A DNA stretch of 64,000 nucleotides. It comes from Octopus vulgaris (Eukaryota). The DNA is taken from NCBI GenBank assembly GCA_951406725.2, contig OX597824.1:46128001-46192000 (forward strand). Reading direction: 5' to 3'. How positions within the stretch are numbered: the stretch's first letter is position 1; each line of letters opens with the position of its first letter. This document shows positions 12,276 to 25,829 of the stretch, piece by piece. Position numbers and translations under genes: made by a program. Under the pieces are notes generated by a model. It saw only the letters and a list, made by a program, of their open reading frames with translations. It made no database searches and was not told the origin of the DNA.

Positions 12276-14391
12276 AATAATAATATTTTGCAAGAAACCA
12301 ATAAGAAAATTATGGTACAGCGATACTAAGTAAATGTTTAATATAGGTTTATAAATGTGAGCACAGTCATTGAGTCATTAGGGTATTAGCAAATAAAACA
12401 AGTGCTCAGTATGTCTATGGCTAAGACAATGCTCAATAGCCCAGTCAAAGTAAAGCTACATCGATACTAAAAAGTGATGCTGAATTTTCAACATCTAGCC
12501 AGCATTCATGTTGAGATAACCTCACCTTTTCTGGATCATATTCATTCATCCATTTTTTAAAAACAGTAGTGTGAACCAGATATTAAGGAGACAGTTGTTT
12601 TTTTTTTTAATGTAACAAGTCAAATAAAGCTCCTTTGCTGGCTTGGAAACATAAGAAGTAATGGTTAATAGCATAAGAAAAAATAATCTTATGAATTCAG
12701 TTCATGTTGTGGGATTAATTATTTGCAGTAGAGTGGTAGTCCATAGAAGAAGACAGAACTCTTTCATTTGTTTAAAATCCTAAAATAAGTTATTCCAGAG
12801 ACCACAAAGAAAAAAGTTAATAAATAAAATCCAGCACTTGTAGTGCACCTGAGCACTATATACAATAAGTTCATTATTATTTTATTACATTAAATAACTT
12901 TAAATTATTTTTCTTTTAGTCCCAGATATATAGTTCAAGGTAATTAAATTTACCCTTCAGTATTCACCATTTGACTAAACCATTGATTTCTTACATAAGC
13001 ATGAATTCAATAAATTTTTATACATGAGAAAATTAGAATGTGTGATGTTTGTTCTTTTCTCAACAGAATTTGCAGTATAAATCAAGTGAAACAGCAAAAA
13101 CTTGGACACAAAGGCACCATAAATTTAAAGGTGAGTTGCCACTTTTACTAGCATCTTACCTCTAACTTTATAGCAATTTATATTCTTCAGCTCTCATGTA
13201 TAACAACACAATAGATACAGGAGTAATATGCAACAAGCTGCTGAGCATATCAAGAACAGAAAAGCATATTTAAAGAAAACAATAGTGATAAAGAAGGCAA
13301 TATTTTTCTCTTAGGCTAAACACCCAAAGCATAAAAAAAGCGATATAAGTTAACCAAAATATAGATTTAACATGATCAATGGGGAAAAAATAACCACTGT
13401 TCTTAGTACTTTGTAATACTAAATATTTTAACAAGAGTACTATATATACATATTATATACACATACTTTACATACTAACTCAAATTATATATATTTGCAT
13501 CCATGCATTTATAATATATACATACACACAATATATACATACATCTATGCATCCATATATACATATACACATATATATACAAATGCATACACACATATCT
13601 ATATCTACACACACATACGCATACAATATATGCATAAATATAAATCATCATCATCATTTAATGAGTTTTTTTTTCTTGCTGACATGAGTTGGATGGTTCA
13701 ACGGGAGCTGGCAACCCAAGGGACTGCACCAAACTCCAATCACTCTGGCGTAGTTTTATGGCTGAGACCCTTGCTAATACCAACAACTTTACGAAGTGCA
13801 CTAAGTGCATTTTACATGCCACTGGCACCAGTGAGGTCACCAAGTAACTTGCAAGGCAAGACCCCTCAAATGAGGGACACAGTACCAATAATTAGTTATT
13901 AGAACTCAATCTCAATATACTGTACTTATATTTTACAATATTAGTAAGCTGTGAATTCTTTGATGTCCTCTGCTCCAGACTCTTACATGAACTAGGAAGT
14001 CAGCACATCAGTACACTAGCATCAAACTCTGGGTGTATAGTTCCTTATAGCCCCCACCCCTAAAAGACAAAGCTATAAGCTAATGCAGATGATTATATAA
14101 CTCCTGTTCTTTTGTCATTCATTTATTATATATATAAATATGTATGTAAAAACAGCTTTATTCACAAGGGAATGTTGGAGGGAACATAGGTTAAGTATGC
14201 AGAACAACAATCATTTTTAATGTGAAAATGATAAATCAATAGATTTGCAAAAGCACGAATACACACAAACACACACACGAATGCACATATAAGTGGGTAT
14301 TGCCTTTAAGATACAGGTATATCAATCCCAGTGCTTATTTCAGTCAGATATTATTTTATTGATCTGAGTTAAACTGCAAGATTGCAACATG

Positions 14392-14436
<45 letters not shown>

Positions 14437-16229
14437 ATATACACACATATATGGGTGTGTAAGCATATATATAACAACAAAAATAATAATGAAATAAAAA
14501 TAATTTCAAATTTTGGCAAAAGGCCAGCAATTCAGCAAGGGGTTAAGTCAAATTCATCGACCCCAGTACTAAACTGGTACTTAATTTATCGACCCCCAAA
14601 AGAATGAAAGGCAAAGTTGACCATAACAGAATTTGAACTCAGAACGTGAAGATGGACAAAATATTGTTAAGCATTTTGTCTGGTGTGCTAACGATTCTGC
14701 CAGCTCATCATCTTCAATAATGATATAACAACAACAAAAAGATAATGAAAACTGTGGCAAATTAGTGACATAATTAAAATTTAAACATAATAATAATTCA
14801 AAAATTTTGAAAGCATTCAATATTATGCACTGTTGCATTAACTTCTTTAGACATGGAATCAAAACAAAGACAAGCAACTACAATGAGGATGTCCCAAGCC
14901 ATGGCATATCTGCAATTCGCTTACACAAGGAGCTCTTTTGCATAGCCTTTAAAACTTACAATTTTAATAACATTAATAATAATAATTAATCAACTTTTTG
15001 CAAAGGTAAATACACAACTAGAAGAGTACAATATATTACAAAAACATACTTATTGACTTTACAGAAATTCTTATTCTTGTTCTAAACAATTACAACCAAA
15101 TGAAACTTGATCGTTTTTTTTTTTTTTTGAAAGTCCTACTGAATTTTTAATCTTTCATTATTCTTGTCTTATTTCGAAACAGATGAAGACAAATGTACTG
15201 TTGAAATATTATTCAATATACAAAGTCAATGTGTTTTTTTTTAATTACATATTGTGCTCTTCTAACAACAATGACAACAAAGATGGCATGGACACAAAGT
15301 GGAAAAGGTCTTAGAAAATGAAAAAGAGAAGATACTATGGGTTATAAAGCTCAACAGTCAACTGTGAACCTTGAATGTAAAGAGCTGGAAGGAAAACTGC
15401 TAAGCATTTTGTCTAATGTATCAATCCACCACCCTCATAATAATAATAATCCTTTCTACTTTAGGCACAAAACTTGAAATTTTGGGGGAGGGGGCAAGTC
15501 GATTATAGCAACCTCAGTACATAACTGGTACTTATTTCATCAATCCTGAAAGGATGAAAGGTAAAGTCAACCTCAGTGGAATTTGAACTCAGAACGTAAA
15601 GATGGACAAAATGCCACTAAGCATTTTGCCCAGTGTGCTAATGATTCTGCCAGCTCACTGCCTTAATAATAATAATAATAATAATGATGATTTCAAATTT
15701 TGGCACAAGGCCAACAAGTTCAAAGAGGGGATAAGTTGATTACATTGACCCAGTGTTCAACTGGTACTTATTTACCGACCCCCAAAAGGATGAAAGGCAA
15801 AGTTGACCTTGGCGGAATTTGAACTCAATAATAATGATACACATACATACATATAGGCACATGTATGGCTGTGTGGTTAAGCTTGCTTCCCAGCCATGTG
15901 CTCTTCAGCTCAATTCCATTCTATAGCACCTTGGGCAAGAGTTCAAAGGCTTGTGAGTGGGTTTGATAGACAGAAACTGGCAGAAGTCCATTGTGTATGT
16001 GTGTGTATTGTCTTAACATCATGTAATAGTCGTAAATGAGCATCACTGTCATAGAAGTAATATTATTCATTTCCAGTCTTCCATGAAAAAAAGGCTGGCC
16101 ATGGGGAAATATTAACTCACTTGGAAACAGGTGAGGGCAAGTGACAGAAAGGGCATCCAACCACAGAAAATCAACTTCAACAAATTCCATCTGACCCATG
16201 AATGGTAAAGTGGATGTTAAATGATGATA

Positions 16230-16264
<35 letters not shown>

Positions 16265-17788
16265 AAAGGTAATCTTTATATCCAACTTAATACAGACGTC
16301 TTGTTACACATACATACACATTATTTAGGTGAAAAGTTTGAGTTTCTGCTAAAGTTTGTATATATTTTCCAGATAATAAACCTTATATTTTAATTGTATC
16401 TGATTATATTCTAAAGTTCAATATTTCAGTGAGACTTAATTTTTCGAATTTCTAGAATTTTGTCTTATTTGATATTTAACTATATACAATACTAACATTG
16501 TACAAGGTGTGGCCATGTGGTTAAGGAGTTTGCCTCCCAATCACATGGTTTCAGATTCAGTTCTACTGTGTGGTACTTTGGGTTAGCATCTTCTACTACA
16601 GCCTTGAACTGACCAATACTTTGTGAGTGAATTTGTTAGATGGAAACTGAAAAAAGCTTGCCATGTTTGTGTGTGTGTACATACACATACATACACACAC
16701 TCACTCTCTTTTGCTTCTGTCTCTATGAATCTCTCTCTCTCTCTGTATGTGTAATTATTGTTGCTATGTCCACTTTTCTATAAGTTTCAGTACTTGATGA
16801 CTGGATATCTTTCCTCTTGCCATCTTTATAGTTGCCTTTTAAAGCATGCACCAATATAATGTACCTAAATTAAAAACTGGGATGTGTGTGTGTATGATGG
16901 ACTCTCCTGTCGAAGATGACATATGAGCGTTCAGCTCTTACCAAACAACCTGCACAAATGATTTGTTTATAGTGATCAAATGTTCATGCTGCACATTAGT
17001 TCAGTCTCTTCATCAAATCAACACTGTCCGAATAGATGTACTGTGTACCATAAGTCAGATGATCACAGAGCAGTACAAAATGAAGTGTTTTACTCAAGAA
17101 CACAGCATACCAACCAGTCCAGAGATTGAAATCACAATTGCTAGATCGTGAGTGCAACACCCTAACCACTGGGCCAGGTACCCTCATGTGTGTGTGTGTG
17201 GGTGTGTATATGATCATTACCATCATTTTCATTTTACAGTTACTTTTCGATACTGATATGGGTTAGCGGGTCAGATCCACATCTGTGTCTTGACCCTTGC
17301 TAAATACTTAAGTACCTTACTGTTTCCTTTGTAAGATCCAACAACCTGCACTTCTCACATTCTTTTTCTTCTGCAGGTTTCTTCACTAAGATTACTCTAT
17401 TTCATCCAACATTGAAAACCAGATAAAAATCAATGTCATCATTTATACATATCACAGTGCCATTCTAGCAGTTTTCTCTTTTGCATGTTTGCTTGTGTGT
17501 CTGTGTGTAATTTCATTGACAGTGACTTCAAAGTTTTATCAGTGATTGGCCTCTCTCTCTCTCTCTGTCTCTCATTTATATATGTATAAATGTAAGTATG
17601 CGTGAGTGCATGCATATGAATGAGTATTTGTGCCTGTATCTGGGAGAGAGAGAGAGAGGGAATAAGATAAAAGGAGAAACATGGTATACCCGACTGCATT
17701 TGTAGAACATACCAAATGAAATACTATGTAAATAAAAGTACAAAAGATCACTTTACAGTCCAGAAAACTCCAAGTTTTTTTTCTAGCC

Positions 17789-17828
<40 letters not shown>

Positions 17829-18024
17829 CCATGCTTGGGAAAAATTGCTTGCAAAACATTTTTATGAAAATGCTGTGAATGTGAGTATGAAGAGATTGGG
17901 GCCTCAGAACTAAAAGCTTAAGCATTATTATGGAGGGAGTCAGATAGAAAGAGAGAGAGGTGCATATTAGCATATATGGAAGTAGAGAAAAAAAACAAAC
18001 AAAAATTTTGACAAAAGACATATA

Positions 18025-18126
18025 TTATGATATTAGACAGCCGGTTTCATTTTTCGCATTCTTGTCAGACATTGGATATTCTTTCTCTTGTACTTTTGGG
18101 AGTTCTTCTTGTTTCGTAGCTTCTTG
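18025..18126 (-). CDS. BROX: BROX coding exon 11 (stop; CAAX motif CLIS)
   Basis: TTTCAG| QEATKQEELPKVQEKEYPMSDKNAKNETGCLIS*; human BROX ends DTGCYIS. The summed CDS is 1254 nt = 417 aa + stop. Confidence 0.95.
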   Translation of the reverse strand, partial: QEATKQEELPKVQEKEYPMSDKNAKNETGCLIS

Positions 18127-18349
18127 CTGAAATAAACAAAGAATACATGACTTTAGTGACCTCAGTCAGCAAGAAACTGGACTGGAAACCTATTTCATAT
18201 CAAGGTAATTAATATATAAAAAATGAAGAGAAATTATGGCATACTGATATAAAAAAAAGAACTTTAAAAAATAATATATCTAAAAGATATTTCAAAATGT
18301 TTTTCCAGAAATTTATATCTAACACACATGCACAAAAAGAAAACAAAAA

Positions 18350-19075
18350 TGACACAAGGCCAGCAACTGGTACTTATTTTATTAACCCTGAAAGGATGAA
18401 AGATAAAGTTGATATCAGGGGAATTTGAACTTGGAACATAAAGATGGATGAAATGCCACTAATTATTCTGCCAGCTTGCCACCTTAAATGATTTCAAGTT
18501 TTGGTACAAACACACCAATTTTTGGGGAGGGGGATAGTCGATTATATCAACCCCTGTATTTAACTGGTACTTATTTTATCAACCTCAAACTATCTCAGTG
18601 GAATCTGAACTCAGATGACTGAAATGCAACTAAGCATTTTGCCTGTACTAACAATTTTGCCAGTTTGACACTAAAAAAAAAAAATTATAAAAATAATAAT
18701 AATAATAATAATGGTTTCAAATTTTGCCACAAGCTCAACAATTTTGGGGAAGGGGACAAGTTGATTACATCAACCCCAGTGTTACAGTGGTACTTAATTT
18801 ATTGACCCCAAAAGGATGAAAAGCAAAGTCGCCCTTGGTGGAATTTGAACTCAGAACATAGCAACAGGTGAAATACTGCTAGAAATCCTGAAATTTGGGG
18901 AATAGTCGATTACATCGACCCCAGTACTCAACTGGTACTTATTTTATTAACCCAGAGAGGATGAAAGGCAAAGTCGACCTCAGCAGGACTTGAAATCAGA
19001 ACATAAAGACAGACGAAATACCGCTAAGCATTTCACTAGGTGTGCTAACGATTCTGCCAGCTTGCTGCTGCTATT
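18350..19075 (-). mobile_element. Tandem SINE cluster in the last BROX intron
   Basis: About four copies of GGATGAAAGGCAAAGTCGACCTC...TTTGAACTCAGAAC separated by (TAA)n. Confidence 0.8.
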
Positions 19076-19502
19076 ATTATTATTATTATTATTAAATAAT
19101 AATAATATCTTTTATTCTTTTTAACAATGATATCTTTTATGAATAACAAATAATGATAATAATAATCCTTTCCTTTATAGGTACAAGGCCTAGTGTTCAG
19201 TTGGTAATTCTTTTATCAAAAGAAGGAATTTGAGCTTAGGATGTAAAGACAGATAAAATCACACACAGAGACACACACAAACATGCAAAGAGAGTCATGC
19301 CTGCATCTATAATAATATGTAAATATTAAAAAAAACAATGATGCAGCATGGAATTTTGTCAGTGAACAGGTCACAGTCTCAAAGTGACAAAAATATTTTA
19401 GCAAATTAAATTTAAATGTTGAAGTGAATCTAACGGTTTTTGTGTGTTTCTTAAATGGCTTATAAACACCTTCCATGCTGCAAATGATCACAAAGCTAGG
19501 AA

Positions 19503-19535
<33 letters not shown>

Positions 19536-20011
19536 TTATCAAGCATTATATCTAAGTGTAGCTTAGTGGTTAGTGTATTCAGCTCACAAGACATCTATTC
19601 CTCTCTCTACATATACTTTCACCTCTCTCAATACTATGCACCCATTCAGTTGAGTGGGGTGGGTCTTGACTTGCGAGTTACTTGATAACTTCACTTGTGC
19701 CACATAAAAAGCATCCAGTACACACTGTAAAGTTGGCATTAGGATGAGTATCCATCCATGAAACCATGCCAAAGCAGAATTGGAGCTGGACACCATCCTA
19801 TGGGCTGCTGGTTCCTGTTCACCAGTTCAAACCATGCCAGCATGGAAAATTAACATTAAATGATGAGGATAGATGGATGGATAGCTAGACAAATAGATGG
19901 TGTAGACAGATAGATAAATTAGATAAATAGATAGATAGATGTATCTGTCTATCTATTTATAAATAGATAGACAGATACATAGACAGACAGATATATTGTG
20001 GTGTGTTTTAC

Positions 20012-20177
20012 CTTTTTATTTTCAAGTACACCTGTGTCTGGTATAACAAACTTCTGGTAGACAGCAGGAGTCCAAATAGGGTTGACAGGGATAGGCTGAA
20101 ATTCCTCAGGAGTAACAAGACCATAAGTGGCTTTAAGTTCAATGACTGGGGCATCATAAGGAATCTTTTGATGATAT
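20012..20177 (-). CDS. BROX: BROX coding exon 10
   Basis: ATAAAG| (I)YHQKIPYDAPVIELKATYGLVTPEEFQPIPVNPIWTPAVYQKFVIPDTGVLENKK |GTAAAA; 166 nt; ends in phase 0. Confidence 0.92.
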
Positions 20178-20247
20178 CTTTATTAAAAAAAAAAAAGAAA
20201 ATGAAGTAAATGTTGAATAATTACATTAGTCATGTTTTCATAATATA

Positions 20248-20458
20248 TGAGGGGGTGCTGAAAAGTTCTTGGCTTTGAGTAAAAGAAAATATAGGAAGAT
20301 CAGTTAATTATGATTTTATTTAACGTATTCCCTTCTTAGATTCACACTCTTATTGCAGTAGTCCTTCAGTTTATTTGTAAAGGAACTTGAAAGGTTAGGC
20401 CTTCAACCAGGCCTTTCACAATACTCTTAAAACCAGGAACTTTTCAGCACCCCCTTGT
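20248..20458. mobile_element. Tc1/mariner-type MITE
   Basis: TIRs GAGGGGGTGCTGAAAAGTTC / GAACTTTTCAGCACCCCCTTG; related copies at about 35128-35335 and about 37130. Confidence 0.7.
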
Positions 20459-20544
20459 GGAAAAAAAGGTATAATTAGGAATTTTAAAATACCATTTTAA
20501 TAATATTGTTTTCTTTCACTCAACCTAACACCATACAGAAATCT

Positions 20545-21420
20545 GATTTGAGGTGCAAAGTCAATGTAGCAAAGACCAAAGTTCTAGTAAGTAGGAAGGT
20601 GAGCGCATCACACACACCCTCAGGTAGGTGGCCCTGCTCAATCTGTAGAAAAGGTGTAGGTAGAAACTCCATAAGATGTACCCAGTGTAAGCTATGGACA
20701 CATAAGAGGTGCAGCAACATCAAAGGAAGTTTAACCTGGAAGATAGCTTTTGTGTGCAGCAGATGCACAGGGGCAATAGACACCACAGATGCTCAGAAAA
20801 CAGATTCGATCACACACCAGGGGGAGAAGCTAGAAGTAATTGATAGCTTCCGCTACCTAGGTGACCAAGTTAGTAGTGGGAGTGGATGCTCAGAGAGTGT
20901 TACCACTAGAATAAGAATAGCCTGGGCAAAGTTTAGAAAGCTTCTACCCCTGCTGATGACAAAGGGCCTCTCGCTCAGAGTGAAAGGTAGATCGTATGAT
21001 GCATGTGTGCGAACTGCCATGCTTCACAGCAGTGAAACATGGGCCTTGACTGCAGAGGACATGTGTAGGCTTGAAAGAAATGAAGATAGCATGATCCACT
21101 GGATATGTAATGTCAGTGTGCACACACAACAGAGTCTAAGCGCCCTGAGAGAAATGTTGGACATAAAACGCATCAGATGTGGTGTGCAAGAGAGACGTTT
21201 GCACTGGTATGGTCATATACTACGGATGGATGAGGAGAGATGTGTGAAGAAGTGCCACTCCCAAACAGTTGAAGGAATCAAGGGTAGAGGTAGACCCAGG
21301 AAGACATGGGATGAGGTGGTCAAGCATGACCTTCGAATGTTGGGCCTCACAAAAGCAATGATAAAAGGCCACGACCTCTGGAGATATGCTGTGACTGTGA
21401 AGACCCAGCAAATAAAGTGA
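20545..21420 (+). mobile_element. RTE-clade LINE 3' fragment with an open reading frame (Cys-rich finger plus RT thumb/C-terminus)
   Basis: KVNVAKTKVL...WPCSICRKGVGRNSIRCTQCKLWTHKRC...FRYLGD...RIRIAWAKF...GRGRPRKTWDEVVKHDL. Confidence 0.9.
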
Positions 21421-21845
21421 GTTCACAGCTATATCCTACAGCAGTTTCACCATTCGAAAGTTCCTTGGATGGTACGGCGAACTGCTGTGCTTGAAGAGAC
21501 TTATTGAGTCAAGTACATCAACATCAAAATGAAAATCAAATGGAAATTGTGCTGGTGGCACATAAAAAGCACCATCCGAACATGACCAATGACAGCGCTG
21601 CTTCCATGCCGGTGGCACGTAAAAAGAACTATCTGATCATGGCCATTTCCAGCCTCTTCTGGCCCCTGTGCTGGTGGCACGTAAAAACTATCCACTACAC
21701 TCACAGAGTGGTTGGCATTAGGAAGGGCATGCAGCTGTAGAAACACTGCCAGATCAGACTGAAGCCTGATGCAGCCTCCTGGCTTCCCAGATGCCAGTTG
21801 AATTGTCCAACCCACACTAGCATGGAAAACGGACGTTAAACAATG

Positions 21846-21899
<54 letters not shown>

Positions 21900-22026
21900 T
21901 ATATTTATCATATATATATGTACATACACACACATATATATACACGCATATACACACACACACACACACACACACATTTGTATGTATGTAAGTATACAGA
22001 AAAAAAGATAGAGTGAATATACTCAC

Positions 22027-22177
22027 ATCATTCCATTTTCTCTTTCACATTTTTCCAAAGTTCTTCGTACTTTTGGCCCAAGATTTCTAAAGAATATGTG
22101 TTCATGAGGCTTTGCTTGTGTCCCAGATCCTTTTGCTGCACTATATTCTTTACATCGTGCACTAGATCTCTCAAAAT
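22027..22177 (-). CDS. BROX: BROX coding exon 9
   Basis: ATTAAG| (Y)FERSSARCKEYSAAKGSGTQAKPHEHIFFRNLGPKVRRTLEKCERENGM |GTGAGT; 151 nt. Confidence 0.95.
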
Positions 22178-22982
22178 CTTAATTAAAAATGTTTAAAAAA
22201 AAGGAAAAAGAGAAAAGTAAATAAATATTTTAATAAATTTTGATAGATTGAACATTTCCACTAAGTGGGTGATTTTTTCAGTTTATTAGTTTAGGGAGAG
22301 AGGATTTATTGTTAGCCCAGGTCAAATGGGAAAATGCAGATTTATGATCAAAGGTATTCCGTCTATCACCATCTGACCTTTTTAAGGATATGTAAGACTA
22401 CATTATATAAGACTTTATGTAATAGGATGAAGTGTGATTTATAGGAGATTTGCAGGTTGGACAATTATATAGAAGTCAGTTCATAGAGAAAGAGGAGGAG
22501 GAGGAGATAATGGCAAAACAAGCTGCATTTGTCACTTTCAAGACAGTTTAAACTGGAGGATGAGATTAGTGAGGTTATTTTCAGTTTTCAGTATGCTAGT
22601 TGCTCCAAAACATAAACAATGGACGATTCGGAAAAGTGTTTAACATGAAAGAGAAAAATATAATACTGCACTGAGAGGATTTAGTGAGAGCACTAAACAG
22701 TAAGAAGAAAAGAAGCATGTGGGTCTACAGTAATGGTATGTGTGAAGTCAGTGAACAAAATCTATTTTCTGAGAAGAAAATTTTGCTGCTTCCACTTAAA
22801 ATAAATCTCTTGTAACATTTGTAAGATATTTTATTGATTTAAAATAACCAATAATTTACTTGGTAAAACAATAGGTTAATATTCAAATAAATTTTCAGAA
22901 AAACTTTGTTTAACAGAAATTGTATTATTGTCATTAATTTTACATATCTATGCATATGTCTGTGGGTGTGACTGAGAATCTA

Positions 22983-23155
22983 ACTACATAGCTAGTGTGT
23001 GTGGTGCCCGGGGCAACCCTTCCGTTTGCTGCTCCCCTGACCTCAGAAAAAAACCCACATATTGCCCACAGCAGACCCAAAAGTACAACCCCCATTAAAA
23101 GTGCCACCTGGGGCGACCTGCCCCTACTGCCCCACCGACCCCAGCTATGTTAGTG
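22983..23155. mobile_element. Short GC-rich MITE (hAT-like)
   Basis: Terminal inverted repeats ACTACATAGCT / AGCTATGTTAGT around a GC-rich core. Confidence 0.5.
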
Positions 23156-23926
23156 CAAACAATACTAAAACAGTTAATGTAATTTCACTATACTAATTTA
23201 TTTTAGGTGCGGTATAGCTATGTAGTTAAAAAGTTTGCTTTGTAACCATGAAATCCCTATTCTGTGACATCTTGAGCAAATGCAATTCTCAATAACAACA
23301 GTAAAACAGCGTAGATGGAAACTGTATAGAGGCTTGCTGGCTGCATTGTACCAGTATTTCAAAAGATACAGTGCTGTCACACTGATCCTGTCTGACAATT
23401 ATGTTAAGCATACACATTGCTGTGGAATACTCAGCCAATTGCATTTAATTCAGAAGCAAGTTGACTGAACAACTTAATGCTAAATATTGGAGATCTACCC
23501 ATCCACCACTAATTTTGTTATATGATTTTATATTGCAAGTATATATAGATATATGTACACAGTAAAAGCAATAAAAAAAAGTATAGTGAACTTGCCACGA
23601 GGGGTGAAAAATGCATCACAAAAAATTTGAAAGGAGAGAAATTATTGAGGAAACAGTAGGAGGATGTACATTAATATCTCTCCTTTCAAATTGTCTCTGA
23701 AAAAAGATACAATCTGAAACGTACTTTCTACTCCTCACAGCAAGTTCCCCTTATTCTTTTTCTTGATTTTACTACATAATATAAGTCTCGCCAACTCAGA
23801 TGAGCACCAGCTCCTTTGTAGTCTGATTGATAATATATGTATCAAATAAATCAAACAAATCAAAGCAAAGTTTAAAAAGTACAAAAGGGGTCCTATGTGA
23901 AAGTTAAACTAAGTGTACAAAAACAC

Positions 23927-24237
23927 TTCACCACAACAATGTACCTGAACACAATGCCCTAAGCATCCAGCAGTTCCTGGCCAAGAAGAACAACAGAAGA
24001 TGGCAAGATGACTCCAGGAGCAGGAGGCCTTCAACAACAGGATAGGTCAATGTTGAGCAATCAATCAGCAAGTCTACAAAGAGATCCTGTGGCATTTGCT
24101 TTGCTCAGTGTGCAAGAAATGAGAGTTGTGGGGGGGATGAATTGTAGCTGCTTCACCACAACAATACACCTGTTCACAGCACCCTGAGCATCCAGCAGTT
24201 CCTGGCCGAGAAGAACAACAGGAGATGGCAAGATGAC
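23927..24237 (+). mobile_element. Mariner transposase fragments with a partial tandem duplication
   Basis: CTTCACCACAACAAT..ACCTG..CACA..CCCT.AGCATCCAGCAGTTCCTGGCC occurs twice about 225 bp apart; matches the element at 25830. Confidence 0.7.
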
Positions 24238-24313
24238 AAAGCAACAAGCATCATTCGAGAAGTGATCAAGAGTTTAGTAAGGTACCAAACAGTGTAAATG
24301 AAAATATACTTAC

Positions 24314-24395
24314 ATTTCATTGCTTCCTGAAGGCATTTGATGGCTTCTCCACATTTATCTTGAGCCAGCAGTGTTTCTCCATGATAGGTATGTGC
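24314..24395 (-). CDS. BROX: BROX coding exon 8
   Basis: ACATAG| [27 protein letters not shown] |GTAAGT; 82 nt. Confidence 0.95.
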
Positions 24396-25829
24396 CTATG
24401 TGGTAAATATTCGATGATGAGAACAAAAAAGACAATTTTTATTTTGCTAGTAAGATAAAGGGTCTCATTTCTTCATATTATTATATGTATATTCATATAT
24501 ATCTATGAACATACATATATGAAACTTTCATTAGAATGACCTTAGATCAGTAGCTATTTAAAATTCAGTTTCCTTGTCAGTCTGTCAGACATCTCACTGA
24601 GCTTTTTATTCAGCCAATATGTGTATTGCTTAAGGTGACAAGCTGGTAGAACCATTAGTACACCAGGTGTGTCTTCATGTTCTGAGTTCAAATTCTGCTG
24701 AGGTTGACTTTGTCTTTCATCCTTTCAGAGTTGATAAAATAAGTACCAGTTAAGTACTAGGGTTGGTGTAACTGATGCACCCCTTCCTGTAATTGCTGGC
24801 CTTGTGCCAAAATTTGAAATCAATATTTGTATTATCTACACACAATTGAATTTATGCATAATTTCATCCAAACTCTCAAGTGAGGCTGTTTCATATATAT
24901 TACTGAACTTCTATTTATACTGCTATCTCAGAAGTTTTTCAACTTTACCTCTCACTTCCTAGTTGTAAACATCTGCCATTCTTGAAAAGATTTTGCAGAG
25001 AGAGCCAGATTATCAGTACACTAGTGTTCTTAAGAATATTGGTTTCAAATTTTGGCATAAGGCCAGCACTTTTGGGGGAAGAGGTAAGTTAGTTACATCA
25101 AGCCCAGTGCTCAAACCTGAATATATCTTTCGAATCTTCACACATGAACTAAACTGTTCTTAGTTTACTAATAGCTACGGATCTCAGTGTCAACTATACA
25201 TGTGTCTATATATGCATATGTGAAACTATAAATATGAGTATAAAGACGAGTGTGTATGTGTGTGTGAGTGTAAATATATGTATGTGTGAGTATATATATA
25301 TCAATGCTGTCACTGTTTTTAATTACCCTTTTTCATATTTGTATGGGTCAGACAGAATCAAAGCAGATTTTTTACGGATGTATATTTTTCCTGTCACCAA
25401 CCTATACCTATTTTCCAAGCAGAATGTTGGAAATGAATTACACTATGTGTATGACAATGACACTCATTTACTATTGTCATGATGATGAAGGTTCCAGCTG
25501 ATCTAATTAATGGAAATTAAACATGCAAGTGACTGAGCACTCTACAGACACATATTTCTCAGAAACAGTATGACACAGAATGTGACAAGGCTGGTCCTTG
25601 GAAATACAGGTACTTCTCATTTTTGTTAGCTAAGTGGACAGGAGCAATGTGAGAATAAAATGTCTTGCTGAAGGACACAATACGCTGCCTGATATCGAAC
25701 TCACGACCTTATGGTTGTGAGCAGAGTACCCTAACTACTAAGTCATGTGCCTTCACTGTGAATATGCATGTATGCATGTGTGTGTGTGTGTACTTATATA
25801 TACAAATGCAACACATAGAAATATATGTA

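Noticed and set aside
19342-19482. G3-C8 hammerhead variant (GTGAACA) between short inverted repeats
   Set aside because: It has CAAA instead of GAAA and no stem III or UH site; only a hairpin is supported.
20506-21420. Host gene nested in a BROX intron
   Set aside because: It is a 5'-truncated RTE LINE fragment with a TTG start outside the homologous region.
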